From contig OZ240211.1 of assembly GCA_965197525.1 (NCBI GenBank), positions 32,001-96,000 on the forward strand: a stretch of 64,000 nt of DNA, in the 5' to 3' direction. How positions within the stretch are numbered: the first letter of the stretch is position 1; every line of letters begins with the position of its first letter. The notes beneath the pieces were generated by a model, which was not told the origin of the DNA, did no database searches, and worked only from the letters and a program-made list of their open reading frames with translations. The translations under genes and the position numbers were made by a program. Shown piece after piece: positions 33,901 through 45,273 of the stretch. The stretch is from Nitrosopumilus sp. GTDB lineage: Archaea; Thermoproteota; Nitrososphaeria; Nitrososphaerales; Nitrosopumilaceae.

Positions 33901-36900
33901 TCTCCGTCGTTTGTTGCCCCTGCCGTAGCTGAGAACACCCCGGTGGTCTTCACCCTCAACGTCACAGCTGCAGGAGAGTCTGACACGGACACCGTCACCA
34001 TTACGATAATTGACAGTGAAAGCAACGCGCCAGTCGCTGATGCAGGTGATGATGACAATGTAGATGAGGGTACCTCGTACACCCTTGATGGTACAGATTC
34101 CACTGACCCCAACGACGACCCGCTGTCATTTGAGTGGACACAGGACTCTGGTCCGACGGTAACCCTGACAGGTGCCAATACTGACTCTCCGTCGTTTGTC
34201 GCCCCCGCAGTAGCTGAGAACACCCCGGTGGTCTTCACCCTCAACGTCACAGCTGCAGGAGAGTCTGACACGGACACCGTCACCATTACGATAATTGACA
34301 GTGAAAGCAACGCGCCAGTCGCTGATGCAGGTGATGATGACAATGTCAACGAAGGTGTACCTCGTACACCCTTGATGGTACAGATTCCACTGACCCCAAC
34401 GACGACCCGCTGTCATTTGAGTGGACACAGGACTCTGGTCCGACGGTAACCCTGACAGGTGCCAATACTGACTCTCCGTCGTTTGTCGCCCCCGCAGTAG
34501 CTGAGAACACCCCGGTGGTCTTTACCCTCAACGTCACAGCTGCAGGAGAGTCTGACACGGACACAGTCACCATCACGATAATTGACAGTGAAAGCAACGC
34601 GCCAGTCGCTGATGCAGGTGATGATGACAATGTCAACGAAGGTGTCTCGTACACCCTTGATGGTACAGATTCCACTGACCCCAACGACGACCCGCTGTCA
34701 TTTGAGTGGACACAGGACTCTGGTCCGACGGTAACCCTGACAGGTGCCAATACTGACTCTCCGTCGTTTGTCGCCCCCGCAGTAGCTGAGAACACCCCGG
34801 TGGTCTTTACCCTCAACGTCACAGCTGCAGGAGAGTCTGACACGGACACAGTCACCATCACGATAATTGACAGTGAAAGCAACGCGCCAGTCGCTGATGC
34901 AGGTGATGATGACAATGTAGATGAGGGTACCTCGTACACCCTTGATGGTACAGATTCCACTGACCCCAACGACGACCCGCTGTCATTTGAGTGGACACAG
35001 GACTCTGGCCCAACGGTAACCCTGACAGGTGCCAATACTGACTCTCCGTCGTTTGTTGCCCCTGCCGTAGCTGAGAACACCCCGGTGGTCTTTACCCTCA
35101 ACGTCACAGCTGCAGGAGAGTCTGACACGGACACAGTCACCATCACGATAATTGACAGTGAAAGCAACGCGCCAGTCGCTGATGCAGGTGATGATGACAA
35201 TGTCAACGAAGGTGTCTCGTACACCCTTGATGGTACAGATTCCACTGACCCCAACGACGACCCGCTGTCATTTGAGTGGACACAGGACTCTGGTCCGACG
35301 GTAACCCTGACAGGTGCCAATACTGACTCTCCGTCGTTTGTTGCCCCTGCCGTAGCTGAGAACACCCCGGTGGTCTTTACCCTCAACGTCACAGCTGCAG
35401 GAGAGTCTGACACGGACACAGTCACCATCACGATAATTGACAGTGAAAGCAACGCGCCAGTCGCTGATGCAGGTGATGATGACAATGTAGATGAGGGTAC
35501 CTCGTACACCCTTGATGGTACAGATTCCACTGACCCCAACGACGACCCGCTGTCATTTGAGTGGACACAGGACTCTGGCCCAACGGTAACCCTGACAGGT
35601 GCCAATACTGACTCTCCGTCGTTTGTTGCCCCTGCCGTAGCTGAGAACACCCCGGTGGTCTTTACCCTCAACGTCACAGCTGCAGGAGAGTCTGACACGG
35701 ACACAGTCACCATCACGATAATTGACAGTGAAAGCAACGCGCCAGTCGCTGATGCAGGTGATGATGACAATGTCAACGAAGGTGTCTCGTACACCCTTGA
35801 TGGTACAGATTCCACTGACCCCAACGACGACCCGCTGTCATTTGAGTGGACACAGGACTCTGGTCCGACGGTAACCCTGACAGATGCCAATACTGACTCT
35901 CCGTCGTTTGTTGCCCCTGCCGTAGCTGAGAACACCCCGGTGGTCTTCACCCTCAACGTCACAGCTGCAGGAGAGTCTGACACGGACACCGTCACCATTA
36001 CGATAATTGACAGTGAAAGCAACGCGCCAGTCGCTGATGCAGGTGATGATGACAATGTAGATGAGGGTACCTCGTACACCCTTGATGGTACAGATTCCAC
36101 TGACCCCAACGACGACCCGCTGTCATTTGAGTGGACACAGGACTCTGGTCCGACGGTAACCCTGACAGGTGCCAATACTGACTCTCCGTCGTTTGTTGCC
36201 CCTGCCGTAGCTGAGAACACCCCGGTGGTCTTTACCCTCAACGTCACAGCTGCAGGAGAGTCTGACACGGACACCGTCACCATTACGATAATTGACAGTG
36301 AAAGCAACGCGCCAGTCGCTGATGCAGGTGATGATGACAATGTAGATGAGGGTACCTCGTACACCCTTGATGGTACAGATTCCACTGACCCCAACGACGA
36401 CCCGCTGTCATTTGAGTGGACACAGGACTCTGGTCCGACGGTAACCCTGACAGGTGCCAATACTGACTCTCCGTCGTTTGTTGCCCCTGCCGTAGCTGAG
36501 AACACCCCGGTGGTCTTTACCCTCAACGTCACAGCTGCAGGAGAGTCTGACACGGACACAGTCACCATCACGATAATTGACAGTGAAAGCAACGCGCCAG
36601 TCGCTGATGCAGGTGATGATGACAATGTAGATGAGGGTACCTCGTACACCCTTGATGGTACAGATTCCACTGACCCCAACGACGACCCGCTGTCATTTGA
36701 GTGGACACAGGACTCTGGTCCGACGGTAACCCTGACAGGTGCCAATACTGACTCTCCGTCGTTTGTCGCCCCCGCAGTAGCTGAGAACACCCCGGTGGTC
36801 TTCACCCTCAACGTCACAGCTGCAGGAGAGTCTGACACGGACACCGTCACCATTACGATAATTGACAGTGAAAGCAACGCGCCAGTCGCTGATGCAGGTG

Positions 36901-39900
36901 ATGATGACAATGTAGATGAGGGTACCTCGTACACCCTTGATGGTACAGATTCCACTGACCCCAACGACGACCCGCTGTCATTTGAGTGGACACAGGACTC
37001 TGGTCCGACGGTAACCCTGACAGGTGCCAATACTGACTCTCCGTCGTTTGTCGCCCCCGCAGTAGCTGAGAACACCCCGGTGGTCTTCACCCTCAACGTC
37101 ACAGCTGCAGGAGAGTCTGACACGGACACCGTCACCATTACGATAATTGACAGTGAAAGCAACGCGCCAGTCGCTGATGCAGGTGATGATGACAATGTAG
37201 ATGAGGGTACCTCGTACACCCTTGATGGTACAGATTCCACTGACCCCAACGACGACCCGCTGTCATTTGAGTGGACACAGGACTCTGGTCCGACGGTAAC
37301 CCTGACAGGTGCCAATACTGACTCTCCGTCGTTTGTCGCCCCCGCAGTAGCTGAGAACACCCCGGTGGTCTTCACCCTCAACGTCACAGCTGCAGGAGAG
37401 TCTGACACGGACACCGTCACCATTACGATAATTGACAGTGAAAGCAACGCGCCAGTCGCTGATGCAGGTGATGATGACAATGTCAACGAAGGTGTCTCGT
37501 ACACCCTTGATGGTACAGATTCCACTGACCCCAACGACGACCCGCTGTCATTTGAGTGGACACAGGACTCTGGTCCGACGGTAACCCTGACAGGTGCCAA
37601 TACTGACTCTCCGTCGTTTGTTGCCCCTGCCGTAGCTGAGAACACCCCGGTGGTCTTCACCCTCAACGTCACAGCTGCAGGAGAGTCTGACACGGACACC
37701 GTCACCATTACGATAATTGACAGTGAAAGCAACGCGCCAGTCGCTGATGCAGGTGATGATGACAATGTCAACGAAGGTGTCTCGTACACCCTTGATGGTA
37801 CAGATTCCACTGACCCCAACGACGACCCGCTGTCATTTGAGTGGACACAGGACTCTGGTCCGACGGTAACCCTGACAGATGCCAATACTGACTCTCCGTC
37901 GTTTGTCGCCCCTGCCGTAGCTGAGAACACCCCGGTGGTCTTCACCCTCAACGTCACAGCTGCAGGAGAGTCTGACACGGACACCGTCACCATTACGATA
38001 ATTGACAGTGAAAGCAACGCGCCAGTCGCTGATGCAGGTGATGATGACAATGTAGATGAGGGTACCTCGTACACCCTTGATGGTACAGATTCCACTGACC
38101 CCAACGACGACCCGCTGTCATTTGAGTGGACACAGGACTCTGGTCCGACGGTAACCCTGACAGATGCCAATACTGACTCTCCGTCGTTTGTTGCCCCTGC
38201 CGTAGCTGAGAACACCCCGGTGGTCTTCACCCTCAACGTCACAGCTGCAGGAGAGTCTGACACGGACACAGTCACCATTACGATAATTGACAGTGAAAGC
38301 AACGCGCCAGTCGCTGATGCAGGTGATGATGACAATGTCAACGAAGGTGTCTCGTACACCCTTGATGGTACAGATTCCACTGACCCCAACGACGACCCGC
38401 TGTCATTTGAGTGGACACAGGACTCTGGTCCGACGGTAACCCTGACAGGTGCCAATACTGACTCTCCGTCGTTTGTTGCCCCTGCCGTAGCTGAGAACAC
38501 CCCGGTGGTCTTCACCCTCAACGTCACAGCTGCAGGAGAGTCTGACACGGACACCGTCACCATTACGATAATTGACAGTGAAAGCAACGCGCCAGTCGCT
38601 GATGCAGGTGATGATGACAATGTCAACGAAGGTGTCTCGTACACCCTTGATGGTACAGATTCCACTGACCCCAACGACGACCCGCTGTCATTTGAGTGGA
38701 CACAGGACTCTGGTCCGACGGTAACCCTGACAGGTGCCAATACTGACTCTCCGTCGTTTGTCGCCCCCGCAGTAGCTGAGAACACCCCGGTGGTCTTCAC
38801 CCTCAACGTCACAGCTGCAGGAGAGTCTGACACGGACACCGTCACCATTACGATAATTGACAGTGAAAGCAACGCGCCAGTCGCTGATGCAGGTGATGAT
38901 GACAATGTCAACGAAGGTGTCTCGTACACCCTTGATGGTACAGATTCCACTGACCCCAACGACGACCCGCTGTCATTTGAGTGGACACAGGACTCTGGTC
39001 CGACGGTAACCCTGACAGGTGCCAATACTGACTCTCCGTCGTTTGTCGCCCCCGCAGTAGCTGAGAACACCCCGGTGGTCTTCACCCTCAACGTCACAGC
39101 TGCAGGAGAGTCTGACACGGACACCGTCACCATTACGATAATTGACAGTGAAAGCAACGCGCCAGTCGCTGATGCAGGTGATGATGACAATGTCAACGAA
39201 GGTGTCTCGTACACCCTTGATGGTACAGATTCCACTGACCCCAACGACGACCCGCTGTCATTTGAGTGGACACAGGACTCTGGTCCGACGGTAACCCTGA
39301 CAGGTGCCAATACTGACTCTCCGTCGTTTGTCGCCCCCGCAGTAGCTGAGAACACCCCGGTGGTCTTCACCCTCAACGTCACAGCTGCAGGAGAGTCTGA
39401 CACGGACACCGTCACCATTACGATAATTGACAGTGAAAGCAACGCGCCAGTCGCTGATGCAGGTGATGATGACAATGTAGATGAGGGTACCTCGTACACC
39501 CTTGATGGTACAGATTCCACTGACCCCAACGACGACCCGCTGTCATTTGAGTGGACACAGGACTCTGGTCCGACGGTAACCTTGACAGACATCAATGCGG
39601 TCTCTCCGTCGTTTGTTGCCCCTGCCGTAGCTGAGAACACCCCGGTGGTCTTCACCCTCAACGTCACAGCTGCAGGAGAGTCTGACACGGACACCGTCAC
39701 CATTACGATAATTGACAGTGAAAGCAACGCGCCAGTCGCTGATGCAGGTGATGATGACAATGTAGATGAGGGTACCTCGTACACCCTTGATGGTACAGAT
39801 TCCACTGACCCCAACGACGACCCGCTGTCATTTGAGTGGACACAGGACTCTGGCCCAACGGTAACCCTGACAGGTGCCAATACTGACTCTCCGTCGTTTG

Positions 39901-40814
39901 TTGCCCCTGCCGTAGCTGAGAACACCCCGGTGGTCTTCACCCTCAACGTCACAGCTGCAGGAGAGTCTGACACGGACACCGTCACCATTACGATACGTAA
40001 CACTAATAATTCTCCAGTCCCGACATTTCTAACTCCAGTACTTGATGTAGATGGTGATAAACCTAGTGGCAAACCTGGTGATAAACCTAGTGGCAAACCT
40101 GGTGGTAAACCTAGTGGCAGACCCGGCGGCGGCATCTATGTGCCAGAACCCATACCAGAACCAGAACCCAAGCTCACACCAGAACCAGAACCCATACCAG
40201 AACCAGAACCCAAGCTCACACCAGAACCAGAACCCATACCAGAACCAGAACCCAAGCTCACACCAGAACCAGAACCAGAACCAGAACCCAAGCTCACACC
40301 AGAACCAGAACCAGAACCCATACCAGAACCAGAACCAGAACCAGAACCCAAGCTCACACCAGAACCAGAACCAGAACCAGAACCTATCCAAAATCTGCAT
40401 GAAGAAAACTGCTTTGTTGCAGTAGCATATCACCCCGAGACAGAGCATACCATTCAGTTTCTAAGAGAGGTCAGAGACAACTCTGTGACATGCACAACAG
40501 TCGGCGCGTCATTTATGGACGGCTTTAACAAAGTATATTATTCGTTCTCACCTGCAATTGCCGATCTAATACGCGAGAATCCTGTATTCAAGGAGATGGT
40601 CAAAATCTTTCTGACTCCGATGATCCTGACACTGCATCTTATGGTGCTGGCCGATGAGTGCTCTGAACTGCATGTGCTGGGCCTTGGAATACTCGTCCTG
40701 CTGCTAAACGGCCTTGTCTATCTGCTCATACCGTTACTGGCACTGTTTGCAGTATATAGAATACATGCAAAGAGGAAAAAATTACGCGCCAGCTATTCTC
40801 AAAACAGCATGTAG
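24994..40814 (+). CDS. Giant surface protein (~5270 aa if joined; split by a +2 frameshift at ~34357). Order: signal peptide, Ig-like plus GMAFSNDG beta-propeller modules, LVIVD-like propeller, ~39 PKD-like repeats, Pro-Glu linker, CFI-box-CTERM, TM anchor
   Basis: ORFs 24994-34449 and 34515-40814 share the same 95-aa repeat. Signal-like N-terminus. CFVAVAY...LREVRDN...[13 protein letters not shown] precedes a hydrophobic helix and a basic tail. Confidence 0.88.
28905..39995 (+). repeat. ~39 tandem copies of a 285-bp (95-aa) PKD/REJ-like unit, nearly identical
   Basis: The span is ~11.1 kb and the unit is 285 bp. Only a few polymorphic sites (NEGVS/DEGTS, TG/DANT, and synonymous clusters). 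Confidence 0.95.
40140..40390 (+). repeat. Pro-Glu low-complexity linker (CCAGAA runs, PEPEPKLT units), preceded by GKP repeats at ~40055-40115
   Basis: Read directly from the DNA and translation. Confidence 0.9.
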
Positions 40815-41629
40815 CGAGCATTAGAACTACGGCAGTGAATCAACCAAGTACCGTATCATCTGACAGTTCACAGAACTTGTATCCGTGGATGGGTACGGCA
40901 TGCGGTAAAGGTTAGTTTTGGCTACTCTGTTCTATGTCTTGAGGCCGCATAAATTGTACCGATCAGCTGATCTCAAACTCTTGACTTGTACATACTGAAT
41001 CCGTGTATTACCATTCAATAAACTTGTATCTTGTGATATCTGGACTAAAGCGCGTCATTTTGTAAAACTCCATTACTGCTACCTTTATCTTGCCAAGTGG
41101 GAAATAGGCAAACTGCCTGCGCGCTCTTACTGCTACCATATCTCTGGCAGCGTTGAGATACGGCGATGCTGTGTAAAAGAAATCGGATCCGCCCCCTGCC
41201 GGCGTTCTTTTTTTAGAGACTCCATTACGTCTTTGGATCTGGCATGCTATGACTTGTTATACTGCATGTATTCCCAAATCTGTACGTGGACCTGGCGTGG
41301 ACGCAAACTATACCGGATCACACTCTTCAAATCATCAGAACATCCGTTGTCTGTCCTTTGCAAGCATCCGCCTACTGCCTGTTCTCTACATGATCAGCTG
41401 TAATACACGCAGGCAGGCCCGGTTGCAACCTGAACATTGTCTTGCACCATTCAACATTGCCGGCCTGTCAAAACACCGTATGACTCCGCACGCTACTCTG
41501 GATGCGCAAACACCCATTTTCCTGCCAAGCAAACCTGTGTACATTTCCCAGAAACTCTGTTGCTTTACCATGTCTCCTAATCGCCGTATTTATCGTCCCT
41601 GCCACCTTTTGTGTTCCTGTCACATCCCT

Positions 41630-42134
41630 TGATCATCGTGCCAGGCACAAGATCCGTACTCTGATCTCTTCATTGCTTTTAAATCAAGAATTCGGACTTA
41701 CATCCGTAGAACTGCACGACAAACTAGAAGAGATGTCTGGAAAAAACATTGGCATGTAGCAGATAAGGCGATATGCCAGACAGTGGGGATACTTTAGAAA
41801 AAAAAAAGGAAGACACAGTCAGTCATGGTTAGTAGAACACCAATAGAAGAAGTAAACAAATGGAGAGCCTGCCTGTATCAAAAGATTGCAAGATACACAA
41901 AGATGGTATATGCAATTGTAACACAGGATGAATTATACTTATTCAAGTACGACGCTGGAACGTCTGCAAAATATTGGGCAAAACTGTGCCTACACATATT
42001 CATGTTATGGAGTGGAGGATTTCATAGATTCTCAATATATGCAGCATGATACAAGACGGTAGACAGTTTTTTAATAACTGTCAGACTGTCAATACCACTT
42101 ACTTCCTTTCTAGAACATATGGACAAGGTGTACA
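41630..42134 (+). pseudogene. IS630-like transposase, middle fragment (degenerate)
   Basis: AIVTQDE (first catalytic D region). It ends in a 32-bp stretch (42103-42134) identical to the reverse complement of 21322-21353. Confidence 0.6.
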
Positions 42135-42203
42135 TGGAGGTTGATTATAAAATCTATTTAGCCATTACCACACTACAAACCAGTCAAGTACTTGAAATAC
42201 TAT

Positions 42204-42842
42204 CTAGTCGGCCTCTAACATCTTCCTTATCTTTCTTTGAATTATTGGTTTTTCGTTCTGTCTTGATAAAAACTCTAGATCCTCTACATTGTCAACATCC
42301 CACATTATTCTTTTGACAAAAACCATGGCTACATTACGCGTATATTTTTTTGCCGTATTCATATGAATCTTGTAGCTGTCTTCATCATAATGTGTCTGCA
42401 TCAAGTCAACTGGCATTCTAATTAACGCGTTTGTTCCATCAAATCTTCTAGACGGCACAATAATTGCAAAATTTGGCGGTATCTTGTAATTTAGCATAAA
42501 ATCAATATCCTGCGTCTTGATGAATGGAATATCCTGGGGTAGTACAATTGATGCGTCAAAATTATTCTCAAGTAGATACTTGTCAGCTAACTCTATTGCA
42601 TGATTTACGCTTTGTTCTTTCTCGTCCATGATTATTGTAGCATTATATCTTTCCCCTAACTCTATTGCCTTTTGTTCCTGTGTCACCAAAACTGTTTCAT
42701 CAATATGAGGCGATACGCGCAATACCTGAACAATCTCCTCTAACATAACTAGACACAACTCTTCAATTTTCTGTTGTGGTAATTTCAAACGCGTCTTTGC
42801 ATTAGAGAACGTCTTTACAGGAATTATGGCAGCTATCTTCAA
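42204..42842 (-). CDS. cofC: 2-phospho-L-lactate guanylyltransferase (F420 biosynthesis)
   Basis: IIPVKTFSNAKTRL, PQDIP and DGTNAL motifs; adjacent to cofD. Confidence 0.93.
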   Translation of the reverse strand: MKIAAIIPVKTFSNAKTRLKLPQQKIEELCLVMLEEIVQVLRVSPHIDETVLVTQEQKAIELGERYNATIIMDEKEQSVNHAIELADKYLLENNFDASIVLPQDIPFIKTQDIDFMLNYKIPPNFAIIVPSRRFDGTNALIRMPVDLMQTHYDEDSYKIHMNTAKKYTRNVAMVFVKRIMWDVDNVEDLEFLSRQNEKPIIQRKIRKMLEAD

Positions 42843-42846
42843 TTTG

Positions 42847-43767
42847 TTATACGTGGATTTGTTTTAAAATAAAATTTGCCAATGCTTCTTCGGCCAATTT
42901 ATTTTTCATAGTTATTTTTGTTTCATAGACTTTCATATCTAAACTCTGAATCTTTTTTGCCAGTGCTTTATCTTTTGTATCAATTATCATGTGCGAACAC
43001 ACATCTGAATACATTTTTGCTAACCCGTACGCATTTGATTCTATTCCTGCCGCTTGCATATATTTTGCTGCTGGCCCACTTAGTGCATCCTCTCCAATCA
43101 ATGGACTCACTGCAACTACTTTTTTCTTCATCTTTGTTAATTCTTTTCTGATTCCTTTGATCTGTAACATTGGTCCTATTGACGTTAATGGATTTCCTGG
43201 TGACAAAATTACCATCTCTGCGTCATGAATTGCGTTTACTGCATCAGGGTTTGGACGTGCTTTATCTGCCCCAATATACTGAATTCCTTCAACCGGATCT
43301 CGTCCACGATACTTTACCCAGTATTCTTGTAGGTGTAGTTCTCCTTTGTTTGTTGTAATTCTAGTCTCAACGCTGTTGTCAGTTGCAGGTATTATTCGCG
43401 CACTGACTGCAAATTTTTTGCACATCCAATCAGTGATGGCGCTAAGATTTTCACCATTTTTTAATTTGTTTGTTCTAATCAGATGAGTTGCAGCATCTCT
43501 GTCTCCGATTCTAAACCACGTACTCTCTCCGAAGACCTCCATCTGGCGCATAAAGTTAAACGTGTCTTTCTTCACTCCCCATCCTTTCTCTTGATCAAGC
43601 AAATCTGCTAGTCCGTACACTATCGTATCAATATCAGGACATACATACAGTCCATAAATCCAATAATTGTCACCGACATTGCTAATTACGTTAACTTTGG
43701 ATTCTTGTGCAACCAGTCCTCTTACCAGTTTTACTGAACCTGTTCCACCTGCTAAAACTGTAATCAT
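42847..43767 (-). CDS. cofD: 2-phospho-L-lactate transferase (F420 biosynthesis)
   Basis: LAGGTGSVKL, NVGDN...VCPDIDT, IGDRD and PGNPLTSIGP motifs. Confidence 0.95.
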   Translation of the reverse strand: MITVLAGGTGSVKLVRGLVAQESKVNVISNVGDNYWIYGLYVCPDIDTIVYGLADLLDQEKGWGVKKDTFNFMRQMEVFGESTWFRIGDRDAATHLIRTNKLKNGENLSAITDWMCKKFAVSARIIPATDNSVETRITTNKGELHLQEYWVKYRGRDPVEGIQYIGADKARPNPDAVNAIHDAEMVILSPGNPLTSIGPMLQIKGIRKELTKMKKKVVAVSPLIGEDALSGPAAKYMQAAGIESNAYGLAKMYSDVCSHMIIDTKDKALAKKIQSLDMKVYETKITMKNKLAEEALANFILKQIHV

Positions 43768-43873
43768 CACATAACTCCTAACTAATGTTATTAGATTCTA
43801 TACTTTATATTACTTTTTTCAGAATTAAATATTTTTGGATAGATTTATTAACTGAAATTTATATTTTTGACTT

Positions 43874-45262
43874 GTGTTAAAGAATACAGTTCTAATAATA
43901 TTGATTGCATCTATTGTTGTTATAGGCACTAGTACACCTGCTTGGGCTGCCCAATTAGAAGCTAAACTTAACCCCGATAATAACTCTTCACAATTTTCTG
44001 TAAACTATCAAAAGGTGGTATTTATCGAGTATCCACAAGGCGGTGACCTTTTTGATGAATTACGTGGAAAAGAATGGGTTGTATCTGGGAGTGCTGACTC
44101 TACCAATCCCGGCGTACAGGACCTAATATCAAAACTCAATCAAAAAATATCAAGCGAAACAGTTAGTACAAGAGTTACTGACTTGGCTGTCACCTATGAT
44201 TTTAATCTCAAAGCTCGTAACACTGGCACCTCTATTGATTATCACGTTCTCTTGGAGGGAACACTTAGTAACTATGTTATAACCAAAGATTCCCAGCGAA
44301 CGTTAGTCGATCTTGGTTGGAGGGGGTTGAGTGTATCTGATGAGGTAACTATTGACGGTGTTGAAATTAACATTCCTATCAATATTTTACGAGATCAAGA
44401 ACCATCAGTATATGCCTTTTTTGAAGGAACAGAAGCAGAAGATGTTCTTGGCAGACCTTTGCTTGACGCTGATTTTATTGCAGAGCAGCCACTAGTTAAC
44501 TGGCACTTTTTGTTTGATCCAACAGGTATTAATGCGGATGCCGGAACATTTGGACTAGATGATACTATAGCTGGTTTTGTGGTATCAAGTTGGACTATGG
44601 GTGAGAGCAGTATTAGAGAAGGTAGACAAGTAGAGCGAATATTTGAGGCAGAAATAATGGCTGATCAACCATATGTAGTTAGAAGTGTCCAGTCTGCAGA
44701 TCAGGCAAATCTTTCAGCCATTGGATTTGGCGCTTTGGATAAACTTGATGGTATTGAGATAGCGGGAATTACCCCAACACCTCCACCCGGCTACGCGACA
44801 ACATCCACAGGTGATTTCCCTGTGCTAATCGTTTATGGCATGGCAGGACTAGCAGCAGTTGCAGGTATTGCGTTCTTTTTTGTTAGTAGCCGATCATTGA
44901 AAAACGAAAAGAAAGGTCAGCAAGGAATTGATCCTAGTAGACTAGTCGGTTATCAGACTAGTTCATCATCTGGTGGTTATCAGACTAATAGAGGTGAAGC
45001 GCAGTTAAAGGATGATACAGACTATCAGCAAACCCGTAGTGTTTACGAGGAGACAAAACTTTCATCCCAAAACGATGTTGCCTCTACAAGTAGCAATACC
45101 AATAGTACACCGCCACCACAACAAGATGCAGCATGTGGTTGTGCAGCATCAGCTGAAATGGGTTCTGAGTGTGATTGTGCGATGCAATCGGCATGTTTGT
45201 GTGATGCAACATGTGGTTGTGCAGCTAGTGTATGCAAAGATCAAGTCAGTTCAATGAGCTAG
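43874..45262 (+). CDS. Hypothetical membrane-anchored secreted protein with a Cys-rich cytoplasmic tail
   Basis: Signal peptide, a TM helix near residue 320-337 and a C-terminal CxC-rich segment with 9 Cys. Confidence 0.8.
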   Translation: MLKNTVLIILIASIVVIGTSTPAWAAQLEAKLNPDNNSSQFSVNYQKVVFIEYPQGGDLFDELRGKEWVVSGSADSTNPGVQDLISKLNQKISSETVSTRVTDLAVTYDFNLKARNTGTSIDYHVLLEGTLSNYVITKDSQRTLVDLGWRGLSVSDEVTIDGVEINIPINILRDQEPSVYAFFEGTEAEDVLGRPLLDADFIAEQPLVNWHFLFDPTGINADAGTFGLDDTIAGFVVSSWTMGESSIREGRQVERIFEAEIMADQPYVVRSVQSADQANLSAIGFGALDKLDGIEIAGITPTPPPGYATTSTGDFPVLIVYGMAGLAAVAGIAFFFVSSRSLKNEKKGQQGIDPSRLVGYQTSSSSGGYQTNRGEAQLKDDTDYQQTRSVYEETKLSSQNDVASTSSNTNSTPPPQQDAACGCAASAEMGSECDCAMQSACLCDATCGCAASVCKDQVSSMS

Positions 45263-45273
45263 AATATATTTAA

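Noticed and set aside
28668-40135. Two very long minus-strand ORFs (1893 aa and 1929 aa)
   Set aside because: They are antisense shadows of the 285-bp array. One stop-free unit propagates, they break at the same frameshift as the sense gene, and the translation has no protein-like features.
40029-40448. Alternative-frame ORFs with WFWF, QNQN or GSGS repeats
   Set aside because: They are other-frame readings of the CCAGAA Pro-Glu linker.
40815-41630. Short ORFs of 61-127 aa downstream of the second giant gene
   Set aside because: They are fragmented in all frames with no motif I can assign. This is probably decayed mobile DNA, but the family is not supportable.
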